Positions 56,535-64,000 of a stretch of 64,000 nucleotides of DNA are shown here, piece after piece; the first letter of the stretch is position 1, and each line of letters begins with the position of its first letter. A program made the position numbers and the translations under genes. The DNA is from Balanoglossus misakiensis (Eukaryota > Animalia > Hemichordata), in assembly GCA_040954595.2 (NCBI GenBank), contig CM082577.2:1116001-1180000 (forward strand), in the 5' to 3' direction. Under the pieces are notes generated by a model. The model did no database searches and had not been told where the DNA came from. It saw only the letters and a list, made by a program, of their open reading frames with translations.

Positions 56535-57024
56535 ATAAGGTTATTCACAAAATACCGGGATTTATGTCCGAGTACATCGTGCAGCGCAGGTATTGTCCGA
56601 GACGCGCAGCGTCGAGGACAATACCGAAGCGTACGATGTACGAGGACATAAATCCCGGTATTTTGTGAATAACCTTATTATTATACACCTTTTCCGGACA
56701 TCCTTGATGAACGATAAAGAAAAAATAGGCCGCTATCGGACTTTCTAGTTTTCAGACGCCGCCATGATGTAATTTGCATATCGAACGCGCCTTCACCTCG
56801 CGCATCAGGTGATGCTAGTGTCGAGCTGCCGATGTCTATGAGAGTAGGGTGCAATATCATCATTGTTTACATCAGACAGCTGTGAGGTCAAAGGTCAAAT
56901 ATGCGTCCAATAACCCTGTGGGTTATGGGACTCCGCGTCCTCATTTGAATAATTATTGGACGGTGATACCGCGAATTATTGTATTACGGAACTCCATAGG
57001 TTACAGCAGTAGGTGTATAATAAT
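56535..57024 (+). mobile_element. Non-coding foldback element: 144-nt hairpin followed by a second segment bounded by inverted repeats
   Basis: 35-bp perfect IR 56535-56569/56644-56678 with paired interior; 14-bp IR ATTATTATACACCT 56677-56690 / AGGTGTATAATAAT 57011-57024; inner IR 56904-56913/56953-56962. Confidence 0.75.
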
Positions 57025-60000
57025 TCTTGTTATTCGATATTCAACTTGCAGCCGAATGAAAACAATGGCAATACCATCATCTGTCATGGAAGCGGTGTGT
57101 CAAATTTGAAATTTTAAGTTCTGAATATTTTGATACAAATTTAAGCTTTCCCAATTGTTTTAGACTGTATACACGTTCCAGTTCTTGTCGTAGGGTTCTC
57201 AGCAAACGACTACGACGTGTCTATCAGCCGGGTATTGGGACGCTGCAGTTTGAGTGCCGAGGGTGAATGGTACACGTTAGAGACCCGGTTTAGTGACCTC
57301 GGCTGTTACAACAATCGACACAATGACTGACAAACAACTTCTTTCTCACGTTTCTTTCATTTTTAACGACCTTGATGCAATTATGACACCTCCTCTACAA
57401 TAGCTTTCGTGTGAGCCCCTGCCTGCATGACGTCATCCGGTCGATTTCAGAAACCGAGCATCGATTCGGCGCACAATGACGACAGCATGGGAAGAAGTAG
57501 GCGAAATCGATGAAGTCTTATTCTTCCGGGGTTTGTCATTATGTCAACACTATTGATGTCGATTGTTGAATTCATCAATTATTTAAAGGCGCACCAATGA
57601 TCATCTTGTGGTTGCATCTTAAAGCACAAGTAGATTGAATAAACCCCGGATGTTGAGGACAATAGAAGCATTCTGGATAATGGTTCTGGACAAGAGATGT
57701 CCCCATTATTCGACCATAAGCTTTAATAGGCGCCACGTGCGTTTAATAATTTATTTGCTACCAGTCTAACAACAAAGGAAAGGGTTTTCTGTCACAAAGA
57801 ATTGTTTCTACTGAGAAACGTTCGCTCGAAATATTGATGATTACTAGTACAAAATGTACATGGGATTGTTTTTCAAACTACCAAGTACATTCAAACACGG
57901 TTAAGTTTTTGTTTCATATTGTAGTTTTGGCCCAGTTGAACTGCACCGATAGAAAGCTTTTTATTATATTAAATATCAACAAACTAAAATTGCTGAAAAC
58001 ACAAAGCATGATTATAAACTACACGTGACCACATGAATTTTTCTGTTTGATATTCCCGAAAACAAAGCCGGGCTCTTGAAGTGCCTGAGTGAAGTAACTG
58101 TACAAAACAAACAAATAGTTCTTATCCCCAGGGTACATTACAAACCGCAAAAAGACAAAGCTACCGAGAAACACAATTATTCGTTGATTGTTTGCCCCGC
58201 CTATCTGTAAGAGTTCACACTATCCACAACTGCAACTTTGTGATTTCACCATTCAGCAGAAATGGAGACGTTTTCACGTCATGGTCACAGGCCCAAAGGG
58301 ACCAGCGCCCTTTTTTCAGGCCTTTATCTAGAACTGATTCGCCTTATTGAAATGCAAATTTGGGATAAAGATTTACAAGAAGTCAATCTTTTACCGAATA
58401 ATGGAAATCGATACTTGATATGGTAAAGTTAAAGCGCCTTATCTCTATTATCGATTGTTCGTGGGGCTGTATGGAAGAACGGTTCCATGTAAAGCTTGGT
58501 GACCTGGAGCTTCCTACGGGACCAATGTCATCAGCTTAATCTGAGTAAAAGTCATTAGGTTACTAATAAATTCAAATAAAGTTACCCACAGATTCACACT
58601 CTTCATTGTGTGTTGACAAATGTTACAGACTGACTGTTGACACCAGCTTGTGCTGTTTCGCTTTTCCACTGTGAGAAGCACTCAGAGAGTGTTAAGAAAT
58701 ATTTGTAACTTGAAGTGTATTCCTTGACTTGAGAATGAGTTAACTTCCATGTGGATTTTCCCCCCTGTTTTTCACTTGATGACTTTCCTGTGTTGTCCAT
58801 GCACAGATAAAGAAAAAAAAGGAAATCGACCATCCAGGTGCCGTTCTATATAGTAGAAGTATAGGTTTAACACCATTAAATCACTAACAATCTTGGCGAA
58901 GAATGTGCATTTTTTAAAATGGAGGCAAAGAGTTCAATAAAGTGCCAATTATAGTGTTGAGTCGCATATCACTAGCAGTTATCAGCCATTAGAACGTTTA
59001 TCTGTGCGTAATGCTCCAGGGGCCTAACCCGAGTCATTTGCGTTGCACAACACCAGGTCCGCTATATGCAAATGAGACAAGGTCATAACGACCTTGCAAC
59101 CCTCTCCCTAGGCTGCCATTGTCAACATAAGGTGTTATAGCAACGCGTTGATTGTGCCATAAAAACACACACATTTTAATTGCTCATTCAATTTTATATC
59201 TGTAATTGTGAAATTTATCAGCAAGCTATAAATAGGTCCCATCTTCCATTGTCTGTTACGATATATGTCCGTCAGAATCAAAATGCAACCGACTTCATCT
59301 TTGATTCCCACTTGAAAGTTCTCATCCAATGACCCGTGAAATGCCACTAATTTGAAATTCCAATTTTTTGCGCCTTGAAATGGTTTGGACGAAACCGGTT
59401 GTAAGATATCAGTGGCTTGACCTTTCACTCAGTGACTTGTTTAGACTTTCCCTGGTATTACGTGATAGCCTATACAGAAAACGGCCTTGCTCTATGCAAA
59501 CTGATGATACATGTACTTTCTGGAATTGACGGCTAGTGGAGCATAGCAACACTTTAAGGGTCATTCTCTGACTTTTCGACGGAGCATCTGGCACGTTTGC
59601 GTTTAGTACGTAGAGTATTCTTAATGACTTGTTGATCCGATAAAAAGGAATTCAAAGTCCGGGCCCTGGAAGTTCTTTCCCGAAGGTAAAAAAATCTCCT
59701 TGAGTAGAACGACTGTGTATTTCAGACAAAGTGCTTTTCTACACCAAACAGAAATTGCAGATTTATACTAGTAGAAAAGTCCTTGCAAAGTCCATATGTC
59801 TATAGATGAGTTGAAGAATGGGGTAGTACGGACAGTCCTTGTGGACTTTCTCTGGCAAATGATGCTAGTATTCTCTGTGCAATCTATAAAGAAGTACCAA
59901 TCGCCCGCCTGTCTGTTTGGTTTTGTTTGAGTTTTTAAGCAAATATACTGTATCGTACATTTTTGAACAATCTGAGGATGGCGTGAGTGTTATCAAATGT

Positions 60001-60111
60001 GTAAACAAAACAAGACAAACGAAAAGATGGTACACGTTCTAATATTCACTAATACCAGAGTAACGCACAAACTACACAGACCTGAAGGACGATTGAAGGG
60101 CGAGTGGTGTT

Positions 60112-60216
<105 letters not shown>

Positions 60217-62000
60217 CGATGCTTGTCACCATTGAATTCATAATGGCATGAAATTGGCACTATTCCAAATCTATGTTGTTCTTGCAATCTTCCATGTGTA
60301 CTATACAGAGAATGATCAGAGAGAACGAAGAAAGGTAAATCGGAGTGGTGTTCTTTAGAGGGTTTTGTTGGTCTTTTAGACTACGTTATTCTTCGCAAGT
60401 TTTCAAGACGATTAATGGAGATCATCGTAATAATAAAGTCGGAATACGGAGTGGTTCAGGTTATACATGAATGACGAACACGCGTTGTACGTGTAAATTC
60501 CTCTTGCAACTAAGGCCTTCTGAAGGTCATAAAGTTCATTTCCGTCACAACTATTATTTTCTTCTGTGTCGCAGTGACTTCAGGGCACTCATTTTTGTGT
60601 TGCCGTCATCAATGACGTCATACGGTAGCACTTCATATTACAAGGTGTTTACCCTCAAACATACGCAAAATAAACAACGTCAAGGCGATGTTTTATAGTT
60701 TAAGGTTATTTATCACGCATTTTGTTTATATATGTTATATTATAAACAATGTTATGCCATATTATCATGGCACGTGATCCCGGCACGTGATAAAGTTCTG
60801 AATGGAGAGTCCTTACACCACTTGGATTTCTTATCATTTCGTTGATATCCGTCATCCACTGTTGTGGTAGCACAACGGAAGTTTTGAACATGATATAAAA
60901 CTGTTTTGGCAGACGTCCAAGCTGATCGTTCCTTCTAAGTGAATAAATAATAGTTCCTCCTTTTTGTAGTTGAACATCACATTCTCAGTACCTATTGGGC
61001 ATGAGATGTGTAGCAATTAAGCCCTCCTCCCCCCCATTGTTGGAACACCATCACCTGTAGGGTTAATCGTGAGAACGGAAAGGATTTCTTTTATTTCATT
61101 CTTAAATAATTTAAACCAGAAACAATAACAGTACTTTTCTGGTGACGTCATTCCGCGGTAGCCTCAGGAATGAGATTAGCGTTCTACCGGCCTGGGCCAT
61201 CGTCACTGTCGCGTGGTTTTATTCTCTCTTTGCTCGTTTGTTTACTTAAGTTGGATTTTGTCAACAATGTCAACATTGTTCTAAAACTTTTATTGACAAG
61301 AGTTGTATGTTCATTTATGTAGCCAAGTCATGATTGCTGGATTACCCCTGATTACCGCGGAGTTTGTGCATGAACACGTAAATCTGGCTTTCAGATTCAG
61401 AAAAAAAAGTTTAAAAGGAAGATGCGATTTACTTCAGTGAGTTCGCTATTCTCGATACCTGAAGATTCAAGCCATTCACGGATAGAGCGACCATGCTTTA
61501 TCCTAATACATGTAAATCTAGGCTAACAAGTATACGAGTTCATACTTGTGTTACGTACAATTTAGGTCATTGCCCGGTGCTCATTTCTTGGTATGCCAAG
61601 TTCAGAACGACCTATCATGTAATCAAACATTACATCTGGTCACGACCCCGAAAGTTGTTTACCCCTAAGCTTGTTTACAACACGCCAGTGTGAAAACCAC
61701 CACTATTATTTATCTCTGTTTGATTGAATCATGGGGTTGAAAAAACTTTCTTGCTCGGACGTGACGCACTTGATAAGAGATCAGATAGGTATAATGCCGT
61801 TTCTTTGTGGCGATGGCTAGCTTTATTGCTGTTGTTTGTCGATGTTGTGAATAACTGTAAAAGAACACTATAGTCGTGACAAAAAACCTACGTCGCCACA
61901 AGTCACTCCCGTCTTAATAGTAATAATAAAAACGGGAGTGACGTTAAATCAGTTATTGACAACATCGACAAACGACAAATTGTTTGTTTTAAATAATTTT

Positions 62001-62206
<206 letters not shown>

Positions 62207-63034
62207 GAATTCTCTGTTCCTCGTAGTTTGTCATGCATATTACTGTCATCTTGTATTCTTCAGTTAAAGAAAATATTGTCATTTGACACTCACGCAGTAA
62301 GGCAAGCGTAAAAACTGCTGTGCGTTTTGTCAACAAAAAACGATTAAGGCTGATTGGATTACTGAATATTAACGAGTGTGATCGCTGCTCTGACATACCA
62401 CAGTAGCACTTCAGGAGCAGTTAACAGTGACGTCATGTCATTGACCTCAAGTTTACAACCCCAAACAGATATAGCTCCTTTCAAGTGAACTACTACTTTA
62501 AGGTAAACAAAACAACACGTGATTCTCATCGGGATCCAACACAACACTTCTATGACATAATTGTAAAAACGCAGCATAGTTGTAAATCATGCATGCCTGT
62601 GTGAAAAATAACATGTTACGACTCGGACAAGTCAACATATTGTATTTTCGAGGATTTTGACATTGTACTGTCGCTTTGTTTGTAAAGATGAGCTTTATAT
62701 TATCTTCTGTTGCCTTATGACACGATCCAATATGGCCGCCAGGCGGCCATAACCAATATCATGCAAAATGTCAATATGTTGGCGTCGTGTGAAACATACT
62801 GTCCCTTTTGCATATATAATACCTTATTCAATACAATGTAATGCAATATCTTAAGAATCAAATACATTTGTGAAATTAGGCAATATCTTACTAAGAATTA
62901 CCGGATGGTCAATGTTTCAAGAACCACTTGACCAAATATGATGTGTTTTCAGGTAAAAGACCATCCACTTGGTCGCCTGTGACACTTTCAGGCAAGTAGT
63001 TACATGTACCCATAGTCATGAGTATATCATGTAT

Positions 63035-63498
63035 CATGTTCGCATGCCAAGGTCTTGCTCTGTGGTCGAGCCAACGACCCGTGCGAGCGGACGATGATCA
63101 TGCATGACAGTGACTTCCACTTGGGCAAATATTCGACAGCGAGCTACAGCGACATCGTCGCTATATTGTTCACCGAGTGCCAATGTACACCTCAAGCAAT
63201 ATGTGACCACAGATGAATTGCTGAATAACAGCTACTGTACACGAATATGGTATTGACAACACTGGTATAAATTGGTGGGTCAGGTTATTTCCAATAAATG
63301 AACATGGTGTAATTTTAGCAAAGTTTCCAGTTTTTGGTCTATGTATAAGCGCACTGTACCGCCTCCTGTTATGTTTTAGATTTTTCTACGTGCACAGATC
63401 AACGGCGTCCATAGTCAGTGATACTAGCAACTCGCACGGATCGGTGGCTCGACCACAGCCTTTTTTTTAGGAGAGCAAGACCTTGGCGAGCGAAGATG
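63035..63498. mobile_element. 464-bp non-autonomous TIR element (MITE)
   Basis: Left CATGTTCGCATGCCAAGGTCTTGCTCTGTGGTCGAGCCAACGACCCGTGCGAG (63035-63087) is the inverted counterpart of 63431-63498 apart from a few mismatches and one ~15-nt indel. Confidence 0.75.
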
Positions 63499-64000
63499 GC
63501 AACATGCATGCACGCTTCGTCCACCCATCGCGGCACGACGTGACAGACAGTTTAATATGCGGCCTGAAACCGCAACGTTTGCATAACACTGCTACGTCGA
63601 TAAACAGATACTTGCGGCGCGGTGCTACCCTGGATACGTGGCACACGTTTTTGACATGCGGACCAACCCCTTCTTGCTATTCTGATATACTACAGCATGC
63701 ACGCTCTTACAAGGGAACCCTTTTCTTTATTTATTCCACAGTCCTTTAAATTTGTGGTTGACATTGAATTTGAAATTGAACGTGCTCTGAAGACTCTCAC
63801 AGTGGTGACTGAACTTCATATTAACGTGCCAAAATTGTCCACAAGGGGCGTGTACGTATTTAAAGCTTATTTTCCTCTTTCGTTGAAGGTATTCACTTCC
63901 CAACGGGGCTGTGTTCAACAAATTAACTATGAAATGAGTTTTCCAGTGATGCGGTCATTTGGTATTTGCTTTACACTGTAGGGGGCTAGTCATATTTGAC

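Overview
Intron-rich animal genomic DNA, most likely from an invertebrate deuterostome (hemichordate- or echinoderm-like, inferred from actin intron positions and mosaic CpG depletion). The first ~49.5 kb is a compact housekeeping cluster: the 3' part of METTL22 (+), a cytoplasmic-type actin (-) with several CArG boxes, SRP68 (+), UQCRC2 (+), SGSM3 (+, TBC-SH3-RUN), and a solitary intronless histone H1 (-) with a histone stem-loop. The last ~14 kb has no recognisable gene; it holds microsatellites, MITE-like elements and a decayed LINE RT fragment. Most notable: (1) a ~490-bp non-coding element at 56.5-57.0 kb with a 144-nt hairpin whose defects are nearly all GA/GA or GNA motifs, suggesting a strand-specific ssDNA structure; (2) the lone H1 combines an H1.0/H5-like promoter (TG box, H1 box, H4/HINFP box) with a replication-dependent 3' end, next to SGSM3; (3) the last coding introns of METTL22 and SGSM3 are both GC-AG; (4) a candidate internal SGSM3 promoter that could give a TBC-less isoform. 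All calls come from manual reading; no database search was run.
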